A stretch of DNA of 42,185 nucleotides from Deltaproteobacteria bacterium (GTDB lineage Bacteria; Myxococcota_A; Polyangia; JAAYKL01), in the NCBI GenBank assembly GCA_030591725.1, contig JAUVAN010000003.1, forward strand, positions 1-42,185, written 5' to 3'. Positions 10,063-19,369 of this stretch are shown here, one piece after another. The position numbers were made by a program, and so were the translations under genes. The stretch's first letter is position 1; each line of letters starts with the position of its first letter. A model generated the notes under the pieces. It was not told the DNA's origin and searched no databases. It saw only the letters and a program-made list of their open reading frames with translations.

Positions 10063-10923
10063 ATGATCATCGTTCGCTTATCTGGGGGACTCGGGAACCA
10101 GATGTTTCAGTATGCTGCTGGAAGGCGACTTTCTGTTGTTCATGGAACAGCGTTGAAGCTTGATCTATCCTGGTTTGATGATTGGGATGCCAGAACATTT
10201 TCACTGGAATGCTTCGACATGCAAATACAAATCGCAACCAGAGAAGAAGTAGCTGCATTTACAAAAAGGTCATTGTCGAAAAATATTCTGGAGAAACTCT
10301 CGGGAAAACCTCCTGTAACACGAGAGAAATTCTATCATTTTGATCCAAAGGTTTTGTCGCTGTCCGACAAAGAATATCTCGACGGATACTGGCAGAGCGA
10401 GCAGTACTTTTCAGGCGTATCTGACACAATACACGCAGATTATCAGTTCCGTTCGCCCGTTTCCGGCAGAAACAAGTATCTTCAAGAAAAGGTACTTGAT
10501 ACTCAATCTGTCAGTATACATGTCAGGCGCGGAGACTATGTTACTGATCCAAAGACAAACAAGAAGCATGGTACATGCAGCGTCGAATATTATAAAAAAT
10601 GCATTCAGGAATTGAACCAAACACTGTCAGAACCTGTTTACTACGTTTTCAGTGATGATCCCGTTTGGGCAAGAGAGAATCTTTCCGGTTTAATGGACAT
10701 GGCAGAATACATCGACCACAATAAAAATAAAAATGCCTTTAATGACATGCGATTGATGAGTCTCTGCAAACACAATATTGTTGCCAATAGCAGTTTTTCC
10801 TGGTGGGGCGCATGGCTTAATAGAAACAAAGACAAGATTGTCTATGCACCAGAGAATTGGTTTGCCCCCGAGGAAAATAGAGACACGAGAGATCTATTCC
10901 CGCCAGATTGGAACACAAGGTGA
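10063..10923 (+). CDS. alpha-1,2-fucosyltransferase (GT11)
   Basis: GGLGNQMFQYA, GYWQSE, HVRRGDY, NSSFSWWGAWL are the GT11 motifs. Confidence 0.95.
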   Translation: MIIVRLSGGLGNQMFQYAAGRRLSVVHGTALKLDLSWFDDWDARTFSLECFDMQIQIATREEVAAFTKRSLSKNILEKLSGKPPVTREKFYHFDPKVLSLSDKEYLDGYWQSEQYFSGVSDTIHADYQFRSPVSGRNKYLQEKVLDTQSVSIHVRRGDYVTDPKTNKKHGTCSVEYYKKCIQELNQTLSEPVYYVFSDDPVWARENLSGLMDMAEYIDHNKNKNAFNDMRLMSLCKHNIVANSSFSWWGAWLNRNKDKIVYAPENWFAPEENRDTRDLFPPDWNTR

Positions 10924-10957
10924 TTGAAATGCCCGAGAAGAAAAACAGGAAGGGAAG

Positions 10958-11128
10958 ATGACCACGCCCCAAACGCCATTAGTCAGTGTTGTTATCACAA
11001 CATATAACAGGGCGGAAATGATTTGTGAATCTCTCGACTCCGTGCTGGAGCAGGACTTTGATTCATACGCAAGAATAATGGTTGCTTTTCGAAGAAGTTT
11101 CAAGATTCCTATGAATGGGATAAACTAG
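10958..11128 (+). pseudogene. truncated GT2 glycosyltransferase (N-terminal remnant, 56 codons)
   Basis: Manual translation MTTPQTPLVSVVITTYNRAEMICESLDSVLEQDFDSY... is the classic GT2 start. Similarity stops just before the expected E-x-I-V-V-D-D-G-S and the frame ends at TAG 11126-11128. A purine-rich RBS-like stretch lies upstream. Confidence 0.75.
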
Positions 11129-11129
11129 A

Positions 11130-11858
11130 ATGAGAGTTCGCAATATTATAGAGTCGCTGATGCCCAAGGTTGGAAGGGGTAACGAAGGCTTCCGTGAACG
11201 TTGGTTGGAAGAAGCCCTATTAAACATTCCTGACAACAGCAGGATTTTGGATGCCGGAGCTGGAACTCAACGGTATCGAAAATACTGCAGGCACTTGGAA
11301 TACGTTTCGCAGGATTTTGGGGAGTACGACGGAAAAGGTGATAATGCGGCGCTCCAAAAAGGGAAATTTGATTATGGAAAGTTGGACATTATCAGTGATA
11401 TTGTTTCAATTCCTGAACCAGATACATCTTTTGACGCAATAATGTGTATCGAGGTACTGGAACATTTGCCTGATCCTGTTCAGGCCATCAGGGAATTTAC
11501 CCGGTTACTCAAACCTAACGGGCATCTGATTCTTACGGCTCCATTCTGTTCATTTACCCATTTTGCCCCATATCATTTCGGTACCGGCTTCAATGAATAT
11601 TGGTATGAAAAACATCTGTTTGAAGACGATTATGTAAAAATAGACATGTGCAAGAATGGCAATTATTTCGAATTTCTGTCCCAGGAGATTCACAGAATTC
11701 CTTCCGTTTCAAGTCGTTATTCAAAAAGCAAGCCCAATCTGATTGAATCATTGAGTATTGTTGTTCTGCAAAGAATGCTCTTTCGTTTCAGCCAAAGAGA
11801 CCAGGGTTCTTCAGAGTTTTTGTGTTTTGGACATTGTATACATGCGAGAAAAACATGA
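11130..11858 (+). CDS. class I SAM-dependent methyltransferase (Methyltransf_11-like)
   Basis: ILDAGAG, FDAIMCIEVLEHLPDP, LLKPNGHLILTAPF. Confidence 0.9.
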   Translation: MRVRNIIESLMPKVGRGNEGFRERWLEEALLNIPDNSRILDAGAGTQRYRKYCRHLEYVSQDFGEYDGKGDNAALQKGKFDYGKLDIISDIVSIPEPDTSFDAIMCIEVLEHLPDPVQAIREFTRLLKPNGHLILTAPFCSFTHFAPYHFGTGFNEYWYEKHLFEDDYVKIDMCKNGNYFEFLSQEIHRIPSVSSRYSKSKPNLIESLSIVVLQRMLFRFSQRDQGSSEFLCFGHCIHARKT

Positions 11859-11877
11859 GAAATTGCGGGAGAATAAA

Positions 11878-12672
11878 ATGAAACGACAATTGCAAGGAGT
11901 AAAAAATATCTTGGTGATGTTCGGAGTAGACTTGGGCAAAATGCGAAGAACTTTGCGTGGTTTACCATCATACTATCGCGATTTGCGAATACTTAAAAGT
12001 CAGAGGTCATCGTCAATAGAGCAATTTCCGTTCAGAGAGCCATACCCTTGTCTTCACGATCGATATATGAAAAGTGGCGTAGCCAGTGGTCATTACTTTC
12101 ATCAGGATTTATTGGTGGCGAGAAGAATCTTTTTGAATCGTCCGAAAACTCATGTGGATATTGGATCAAGAATAGATGGTTTCGTTGCTCACGTCGCGTC
12201 ATTTCGGCAAATTGAGGTGCTCGATATACGTCCAATGTCGAGGAATATACCGAACATTAGTTTTACAAAAGCTGACCTTATGACGCCAATAGACGAAAAG
12301 TTGACGAATTACTGTGACTCGCTGTCATGCTTGCACGCGCTGGAACACTTTGGACTGGGGAGATACGGAGATCCTGTGAACAATGATGGCTACCTTATGG
12401 GATTGGATAATATGTGGAAGATACTGAAGAAGGGTGGAAGATTTTATTTTTCTGTCCCTATTGGTCCACAAAGGATAGAATTCAACGCTCACAGAGTATT
12501 TTCAGTTAGTTATTTGATGGAACAATTTTCTGGAAAATACAATATTGAACAGTTTTCATTTGTGGATGATAAAGGGGATTTGCATGAGAATGCAACGATC
12601 AATGGCGATGAAGCAGGAAATAGCTTTGGATGCAAGTACGGTTGCGGAATCTTTGAAATGACGAAAATATAG
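11878..12672 (+). CDS. DUF268-like methyltransferase-fold protein
   Basis: HYFHQDLLVA, HVDIGSRIDGFVAHVA, SLSCLHALEHFGLGRYGDP, FNAHRVF. Confidence 0.8.
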   Translation: MKRQLQGVKNILVMFGVDLGKMRRTLRGLPSYYRDLRILKSQRSSSIEQFPFREPYPCLHDRYMKSGVASGHYFHQDLLVARRIFLNRPKTHVDIGSRIDGFVAHVASFRQIEVLDIRPMSRNIPNISFTKADLMTPIDEKLTNYCDSLSCLHALEHFGLGRYGDPVNNDGYLMGLDNMWKILKKGGRFYFSVPIGPQRIEFNAHRVFSVSYLMEQFSGKYNIEQFSFVDDKGDLHENATINGDEAGNSFGCKYGCGIFEMTKI

Positions 12673-12733
12673 ATATGGATAAAGGCAACAATCAACGGTT
12701 ATTGCGACATGATAGCTTGGGGAACGAAATAGA

Positions 12734-13537
12734 ATGATAGGGATGGCAAAAAGAATAGTCAGAAGAGTCCTCAAGAGAGCACTCAGGAAAGTGCCAGGAT
12801 ATCGTTACTTTGAGGATTATTGGAAAACATATAGATATCAAGTTCTAAGCGAAGATGAAAAACGCTGTGTCAAATTCTATCAACAGTTTGTCAGGGAAGG
12901 TGATCTGGTTTTCGATGTTGGCGCAAATATGGGAACAAGGACAAAGGTGTTTTTAAAGCTTGGCGCCAGAGTTGTAGCATTTGAACCACAAAAGGCATGC
13001 TCTGATTATCTCAAAACGGTTCTGAAAGAGGAAGACGGTTTTACCCTGGTTGAAGCTGCCCTGGGAGAAGAAGACGGGGAAGCAGAAATGCTCATTAGCA
13101 ACGCGCATACTATTTCTACACTTTCAGAAGACTGGGTGAAGGCAACCAGGGAAAGTAGTCGTTTCAATCAATACGAATGGAACAGGAAACAAGCAGTTCG
13201 CGTTACTACATTGGATAATGTCATCAAGAAATACGGAACGCCGTCTTTCATAAAAATAGACGTTGAAGGCTATGAGAACGAAGTTCTAAAAGGTTTGTCG
13301 ACTCCGATACAATGCATTTCAATTGAATTCGCTGCTGAAGTTATCGAAAATACCTATAAATGTATTGAACACCTGTCCTCACTCTCAACTGTGTCATTTC
13401 AATATTCAGAAGGCGAGTCCATGGAGTTTAGTCTTCCGACATGGGTTTCAAAAAAGGAAATGGAGAACATACTTGAAGAGGTAGCTGAAAAGAATAAATT
13501 GGCATGGGGGGATGTGTATATTGTCAAAAAAGGATGA
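12734..13537 (+). CDS. FkbM family methyltransferase
   Basis: VFDVGANMG, VVAFEPQ, TLD...FIKIDVEGYENEVLKG. Confidence 0.92.
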   Translation: MIGMAKRIVRRVLKRALRKVPGYRYFEDYWKTYRYQVLSEDEKRCVKFYQQFVREGDLVFDVGANMGTRTKVFLKLGARVVAFEPQKACSDYLKTVLKEEDGFTLVEAALGEEDGEAEMLISNAHTISTLSEDWVKATRESSRFNQYEWNRKQAVRVTTLDNVIKKYGTPSFIKIDVEGYENEVLKGLSTPIQCISIEFAAEVIENTYKCIEHLSSLSTVSFQYSEGESMEFSLPTWVSKKEMENILEEVAEKNKLAWGDVYIVKKG

Positions 13538-13539
13538 TC

Positions 13540-14334
13540 TCAAGCCGGCTTCTTGCACACCATTATTTCCGTCGTCGGACTCTCGCTCAATGAAAGCGCA
13601 AGAAACAACTCAAGAGGATATAGAAAACCGCCGATAACCAAACCGGCAAGCTCACTCCGTGAGATAATCTTGCTTGTAAATCGCCAAAAAGCCTTGAGAA
13701 ACACATTATTAGTGTCAACTGGCGCATTCATCAGGCAAAACATGGGGGAGCGATCAAGTATTTCAAACCCGCACCCAGTCAGGAAGTGTTCAATTGTATC
13801 AAGTTGCCTACAGACTTGATGCTTGGACACTATTGTTTCCGTGTGTAAGAAATTTTCAGAGAGAACAAAAAGTCCACCTGGTTTGAGCAGAGAATAGATA
13901 TTTTCAATAGCTTTCTGATACTGTTGGTCATCTATAATATGGAACAAAACGTCAAACGCAGAAATGACATCGAATCTGCGATTGGCGAGAGTTCTGGTAT
14001 CTCCTCCTATATCAACCTGGTAAAATTCATGCTCCGGATATTTTTGTTTCAAATTATCAACTGCTGTTTGGGTCAGATCAACACCGACAAGATTTCGGAC
14101 AGCAAGCTCTCTCCATCTCTCAATGTAAAATCCCGTTCCTGAACCTATATCCAGGACATCGACACTGCGAAAATTTAAGAGCGTTGCTTTCATCTTGCGA
14201 AGAAAAACGTTTCTCCGTACTTTATACAGCCAGGCATTGTAATGCTTTCCAAGTCCAATAAAACCAACCCCTTGCAAATCGAACTGGTTGGATAACCGGG
14301 ATTCCCAATAATCTTTCGTACTAGCAGTCTTCAT
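13540..14334 (-). CDS. class I SAM-dependent methyltransferase
   Basis: VLDIGSGTG, FDVISAFDVLFHI, LLKPGGLFV; ATG 14334 overlaps the upstream GT2 stop (ATGA). Confidence 0.9.
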   Translation of the reverse strand: MKTASTKDYWESRLSNQFDLQGVGFIGLGKHYNAWLYKVRRNVFLRKMKATLLNFRSVDVLDIGSGTGFYIERWRELAVRNLVGVDLTQTAVDNLKQKYPEHEFYQVDIGGDTRTLANRRFDVISAFDVLFHIIDDQQYQKAIENIYSLLKPGGLFVLSENFLHTETIVSKHQVCRQLDTIEHFLTGCGFEILDRSPMFCLMNAPVDTNNVFLKAFWRFTSKIISRSELAGLVIGGFLYPLELFLALSLSESPTTEIMVCKKPA

Positions 14335-15350
14335 ACATCCTCCTCCTGGCACGCCAAGCGTCGAAGCAAATCTTTAACGATTTTAACCACGATCAAAGGA
14401 TTTACGTAGCAAGCCAAAGCAATAACATCTAGGGTACGCCTACCATGCCCATCATCCTTTCGACGATAGGCCAAGCCGAGCAGCCTTTCGGAGACATAGT
14501 TGCGTATAAAACGCTTCTCGGCTAGTGATAAAGCACTATTATTCATACCAACCTGGTAAAGTTCGTAGACAAGAGAGGCTGCTTGATGCACTTTTCGCGC
14601 TGATCCACAGTTCTGTCCACAAACACATCGAACTACATCTACGGGCACATCTTCACCCAGGAATTCCGACATCATCGTGTGGAACGCCCTTACCCGGTTC
14701 TGCCGATGCTCCACCGAACGCACTTTCGTGATGTTCGACCGGTGTTGTCGTAGGTGAAGCAATACATCGGGCAAATTTGCCAAACGGGTTACAAGACTTA
14801 GTCGTCGCCATAGGTCATGATCTTGGGCGGTCAACATCTCAGTGCAATAATCGCCGACCTGCTTTACAACCTCTTGTCGCATCATCACCGTAGGGTGTGC
14901 AATAGGAGTGAACAGGCAAAGGCACCACCTCAGAACCTCGTGCGTTTCAGGTGGCTCCCACTTACGGGATATGTTGCCATGTTCGTCAATGATTTGTACG
15001 GCACTTCCTACAACTCCAATCTCGTGATGCATGTCTAGAAAGTGAACCTGTTTGGCTAGTCGCTGTGGTAGGCTTGTATCATCTGCATCCATACGCGCCA
15101 AATATGGAGATCGCACCAGTGACAGTCCACGGTTAAGTGAGCGAGTCAAACCAATGTTACATTCATTCTCGAAATAGCGAATGCGCGGATCATCATACAA
15201 TTGTACTACCTCGGCACTACGATCCGTCGAACCATCATTAATGACAATGAATTCAAAATCGTCAAACGTCTGCTGCAATATGGATTCAATTGCTTGACCA
15301 AGAAAGGCTTCTCCATTGTAAACCGGCATGAGAACACTAACTTGGGGCAT
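14331..15350 (-). CDS. GT2 family glycosyltransferase
   Basis: VSVLMPVYNGE, INDGSTD, LARMDADD, AHPTVMMR, AQDHDLW. Confidence 0.93.
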   Translation of the reverse strand: MPQVSVLMPVYNGEAFLGQAIESILQQTFDDFEFIVINDGSTDRSAEVVQLYDDPRIRYFENECNIGLTRSLNRGLSLVRSPYLARMDADDTSLPQRLAKQVHFLDMHHEIGVVGSAVQIIDEHGNISRKWEPPETHEVLRWCLCLFTPIAHPTVMMRQEVVKQVGDYCTEMLTAQDHDLWRRLSLVTRLANLPDVLLHLRQHRSNITKVRSVEHRQNRVRAFHTMMSEFLGEDVPVDVVRCVCGQNCGSARKVHQAASLVYELYQVGMNNSALSLAEKRFIRNYVSERLLGLAYRRKDDGHGRRTLDVIALACYVNPLIVVKIVKDLLRRLACQEEDV

Positions 15351-15527
15351 CTAGGAATTCTCCAGAACGATTTCGGTGAACAATGCTTGAAAACAGCACT
15401 GATAGGTGTGATCGCGCAGAGTACGAGCGTTGCCGACTTGGCGAATCTTTTCCGCTTCTGTCGAATATGCCAGATAAGACCATACTACATTCAGAAAATC
15501 GTGATGTGCCGTAATTGACATCGACAT
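15351..15527 (-). pseudogene. C-terminal remnant of a CgeB/Glyco_trans_1_2-type glycosyltransferase
   Basis: SYLAYSTEAEKIRQVGNARTLRDHTYQCCFQALF resembles the typical tail YYLxxxEERxxIAxAGxxRxLxEHTY. Its stop abuts the GT2 start at 15350, and no N-terminal part is present. Confidence 0.6.
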
Positions 15528-15546
15528 TGAAAATCTCACCACCTGC

Positions 15547-16692
15547 CTAGCCCGTAGACTGGCATTTAAGAGCGCACTGGTAAAGATTCCCAAGATTCTC
15601 GACCAATCTCGCGGGTCCAAATCTGTCCAAACAACTCTCGCGAATTCGGGTGTCGTCATAGGAGTCGATATCTTTTTTCATCTTGGTCATCGCCGCCGCT
15701 AATGCATCGATGTCTCCCGCTGGCACCAGAACTCCTGATTCGTCATCAATTATATTATTCGGGCCGCCGCAAGCAGTCGCCACACAAGGCTTCCCACACG
15801 CCATCGCCTCGATGAGCACCACGCCAAACGTCTCGCCATGGCTGGACAGCACGAACGCATCGCAGGACTGCATTTGAGACAAGACCTCGTTTCTGCTCAG
15901 GTCGCCGAGAAAATGAACGCGCTTTTGAATTCCAAGTTCACAAGAGAGGTTTTTGAGATCATCAAGGAGCGTTCCACCTCCGCCGATAACCAACTCCACT
16001 TCGTCTTTGTCGGTGAAAGCTTTGGCGAAAGCTCGCAACAGGTCCTCGTGGCCCTTATTCTCTTTTAGCCAGCCTACATTCAGAAATTTAAAAGGGGTAC
16101 CCGCGCGTGAGTCGGCGGGGCGAAAAACGGGATCGACCATGTTTGGTACCCACTTCCATCCAGACGCACAGCGGCCCACCACCCGCTCAAGAACCTCACC
16201 TAGCGATGGGCTAACCACCGCCAAGCCAGCAGTTTTATCAAAAACTTTTCTTAAAATAGCCAAATGCCAAGGGGGTATTGCCGCACGTTCAAATACCGAG
16301 GCATGCTCCGTGATGACATACGGCACACCACAACGCGAAAATATCTGCAGCGCGGCCGGACCGGAGTAGATAGCGCTTTGCACGTGAATGACATCCGGTC
16401 TTCCGTGTCGGGCTTCGTACTCCCTGAACAATCGATAGAAACTCGCGGTCAACAAGACTAGATTCCAGATTTTGATCGTTATCGGTAGCGCTGGAATATA
16501 CCCGTAGATGGTCTCGATGCCGTCGTCATTATATCGCTCCACCCTTTTCTTGGTGCCCCTTTCCAGCTTCGAGGCAACCACACCGACTCTGAAACCGGCA
16601 TTTTTCAACGCGCGCGCTTGTTCGCGAAAGAAAATGCCATTGGTTGGCTGATCTGGATCGGGGTACCAGGATGGTAAAAAGAGAACATGCAT
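15547..16692 (-). CDS. GT4 family glycosyltransferase
   Basis: LFLPSWYP...GIFFREQA, YVITEHAS, ETFGVVLIEAMACGKPCVATACGG. Confidence 0.92.
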   Translation of the reverse strand: MHVLFLPSWYPDPDQPTNGIFFREQARALKNAGFRVGVVASKLERGTKKRVERYNDDGIETIYGYIPALPITIKIWNLVLLTASFYRLFREYEARHGRPDVIHVQSAIYSGPAALQIFSRCGVPYVITEHASVFERAAIPPWHLAILRKVFDKTAGLAVVSPSLGEVLERVVGRCASGWKWVPNMVDPVFRPADSRAGTPFKFLNVGWLKENKGHEDLLRAFAKAFTDKDEVELVIGGGGTLLDDLKNLSCELGIQKRVHFLGDLSRNEVLSQMQSCDAFVLSSHGETFGVVLIEAMACGKPCVATACGGPNNIIDDESGVLVPAGDIDALAAAMTKMKKDIDSYDDTRIRESCLDRFGPARLVENLGNLYQCALKCQSTG

Positions 16693-16807
16693 GAAGATCT
16701 AGTAGCACAACTGAATCGCCTGCCCAACCCGCCGGTGCGCTTCGGGTGAGTAGTTGTGTCCAGTCTCGACTATTTGTTTTTGTTCTTGTTTGAAGTTAAG
16801 TAGACGG

Positions 16808-17998
16808 ATGAGAAATCTCCTTTCATTTGCAAGAATGCTTGTTGTTGTAGCGCTTGGCCTTGTCGTGTTTTCGTCCCGAGCCGTGGCCCAGGAGGGAGGG
16901 GAAGAAGCCCCCACCACCGAAGATACACCACCTGCCGAAGAACCACCGCCCGCCGAAGAAGCGCCGCCTGCGGAAGAGGCTCAGCCTGCGGAGGAAGCTC
17001 CTGCTACGGAAGAGGAGCCGCCGGTCGAGGAAGAGCCACCGCTTGCGGAAGAACCGCCCCCCGAGGAGCCGCCGGTCGAGGAGGAAGAGCCGCCTGTGGA
17101 AGATCCCCCGTTATCCGAAGCGGCGATACTCGCCGCCGAGCGAGCGGCCAGGGCCAATGCGGCCGCTGCTGCCCCTTCGGTACCGCCTCCGTATGTTGAA
17201 CAACAGGCTGTCCCCCCGGAGGAACCCGCCGCGATCGATCCACCCAAGAAACCGGCTGCAATGCCGGATGAGGAGGAGGGGAAGGAAAAAGAAGAGGAGG
17301 AGGATATCTTCTCCTGGTTTTCGGTGGCTCCACAAGTGGGGTTCGCCTACTTCCCGGAGTCAAAATTCACGGTTGAGCAGTATGGCCGGACGGTAAATTT
17401 AACGGTGAAATCCCGAAAGGCCTTCGTTGGCAAAATCCACCTGGATCTGGGCGGAGATGGTATCGCGTTGGAGATCTCTCCGTTCCTGGCTTTGGAATCT
17501 GACGGCAGTGATTTTTCGAAACTCTCGGTCAACCCGGTGGCTGCTACGGGAGGGGTCGGAGGTGATTTCATAGCGGTAGGCGGCCAGCTCAGCCTGGTTT
17601 ACAGATTTGGAAGCGGGCCCTTCTTTCCGCACCTGGGACTGGGTTTCCACGGCGCCTACCTGATCAGCGACGCGATAGAATACGGCGCCGAGCTGTACGG
17701 GAGGATCCCTCTGGGTTTCACCTGGTATTTTGCCGAGCACGCTGCGCTCGTCATGGAGATAGGCTTTTTGTACGGGGTCACGGGCATCAAGGGCAAGGTG
17801 ACCATTGATATGAACTCGATCTATGAAGACTACGACATTGATCCCGATGACTTCGATCCCGACAATCCCCCGGCGGGTATGAGCGAGACAGAACTGGATG
17901 CCATGTTGCAGGGTCAGATCGAGAAGGAGCTGAACAAGGCGGTAAAGTTCGGCAAGGGATTCGGTTTCGACGCGCTCATCGGTATTCGTTTTCCCTGA
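16808..17998 (+). CDS. exported protein with a Pro/Glu-rich linker and a probable outer-membrane beta-barrel
   Basis: Signal peptide ending AVA-Q, a long EEPP/EEAP low-complexity tract, alternating amphipathic strands, and C-terminal ALIGIRFP. Confidence 0.7.
   Translation: MRNLLSFARMLVVVALGLVVFSSRAVAQEGGEEAPTTEDTPPAEEPPPAEEAPPAEEAQPAEEAPATEEEPPVEEEPPLAEEPPPEEPPVEEEEPPVEDPPLSEAAILAAERAARANAAAAAPSVPPPYVEQQAVPPEEPAAIDPPKKPAAMPDEEEGKEKEEEEDIFSWFSVAPQVGFAYFPESKFTVEQYGRTVNLTVKSRKAFVGKIHLDLGGDGIALEISPFLALESDGSDFSKLSVNPVAATGGVGGDFIAVGGQLSLVYRFGSGPFFPHLGLGFHGAYLISDAIEYGAELYGRIPLGFTWYFAEHAALVMEIGFLYGVTGIKGKVTIDMNSIYEDYDIDPDDFDPDNPPAGMSETELDAMLQGQIEKELNKAVKFGKGFGFDALIGIRFP
16908..17110 (+). repeat. 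degenerate ~18-bp coding repeats (PPAEE/EEPP)
   Basis: Repeated units such as ccgcctgcggaagag and gagccgccggtcgaggaa. Confidence 0.6.
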
Positions 17999-18010
17999 AT
18001 CAGCATTTTT

Positions 18011-19255
18011 TTATGCGCGAGCCCAGGGCTTCGCGATTACACCGGTTCTCACCAGCGCAAACAGGGCGAGGAGATTGCACGCGGTCGCGACGGCAATTAC
18101 GCCCCAGTTACCCTGTATGAACGGACCGATCTTCATCACCACATCGATGAGGATCAACCCCATGGAGGCGATGAGGTACCAACGAATAAGCCATGAGGTT
18201 CGTTCGCTCAAGGAGGCCTTGAAGATCAATTTGAATGCGGGCCCCAGCAGCCAGAGGTGAAGAAAAGGGTTCACCAGCAGGTTCTCGTTGTAGTGGGTGT
18301 CAAAGTGGGTGGTCGCGGTCCAGTACAGGAGGAGCATGAGTCCGCCCAGTCCGGCGATCAGCCCCCAGACGAGCAGGCCGAGCCCGGTCAGGCGCGCCGC
18401 GATCTTGCGTTTTCCAAGCGCGATGGGAAGAAGGAAACCGAGCGCCAGCAGTCCCAGGAGCACCGCCGGAATCGCGGTCTCGTAGGTCGGGGTGACCGAT
18501 TCGACGGCAGGCCCCTGTCTCTTCACGTCGACGCGCTTTCTTGAAACCAGGGGATGGTTGTCGGGACCGATACGGATCTCGTCCAGGTCCTGTGCCAGCA
18601 CCGAGGGAAGAAACTGCTCGTCCCATCGGGTTACCGGCTTGTCTATGGCCGGGCCCAGGGAATACACGATGATCGCGCAAGAAACCGGAAGTCCTTCGAG
18701 AGCATCCAGTGTCCAGTCCCGATATGTGCGCCCGGTGGGTTCCCGATCGTACTTCTTTTTTATTGCGCCCCCGATGGCATCGTCGATGATATCGCGGATC
18801 CTCGTGCAGCAGTTGTCGATGTAATGTCGGTATTCGTACTCGCGGTTTTCCGGCAGGGCGTTGGTGTCAAGTCGGTGAGCGACCTCCCGCGCCTGCTTGG
18901 GGGTCAAATCCAGGGTGCGCACGGTGACCTCGCGGTCGAAATACCGGTAGCGACCGACGATGCCCCTGTAGGTGGTCACCGACACCCAATAGATGAGGAA
19001 TCCCCGAGCGTACTTTATCTGAAGCTCCGGGTCGTTGAAGCTGAAGGTGCCGAAGTTGTAGACCTTCCTGGTCCTGCTCACCTTGTCGTCCACCATCAGG
19101 GCGATGTGCCCGAATCGGGCGAACAGATCCTCGCCCTTGCCCATGGTGAGCACCGAGATCTTGTACCTGTCTTCTGACTTGTCTGGTTGCGCTCTGCACA
19201 GTGCGGGGACAAGCGAAGCACAGGCAACAACGATTACTAGCAGTCCTCGAAACAT
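18011..19255 (-). CDS. DUF4105 domain membrane protein (Lnb-like putative lipoprotein N-acyltransferase)
   Basis: Signal peptide, FARFGHIAL, VYNFGTF, YRHYIDNCCTRIRD, FLP, then about five C-terminal TM helices; start could also be 19279. Confidence 0.75.
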   Translation of the reverse strand: MFRGLLVIVVACASLVPALCRAQPDKSEDRYKISVLTMGKGEDLFARFGHIALMVDDKVSRTRKVYNFGTFSFNDPELQIKYARGFLIYWVSVTTYRGIVGRYRYFDREVTVRTLDLTPKQAREVAHRLDTNALPENREYEYRHYIDNCCTRIRDIIDDAIGGAIKKKYDREPTGRTYRDWTLDALEGLPVSCAIIVYSLGPAIDKPVTRWDEQFLPSVLAQDLDEIRIGPDNHPLVSRKRVDVKRQGPAVESVTPTYETAIPAVLLGLLALGFLLPIALGKRKIAARLTGLGLLVWGLIAGLGGLMLLLYWTATTHFDTHYNENLLVNPFLHLWLLGPAFKLIFKASLSERTSWLIRWYLIASMGLILIDVVMKIGPFIQGNWGVIAVATACNLLALFALVRTGVIAKPWARA

Positions 19256-19369
19256 GGATGTCATTCTAGGACGAAACACGGCTTTGGTATAGGTGTTCTG
19301 ATTCCGGTTTCGTTATTCATGGGATGATTGACGCTTGCCCACCGTCGCCCTTCGGGCTATGGCGGATGG

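Noticed and set aside
15351-15659. A 102-aa intact gene
   Set aside because: The first ~37 codons overlap the GT4 gene in another frame; only the tail looks protein-like, so it is reported as a remnant.
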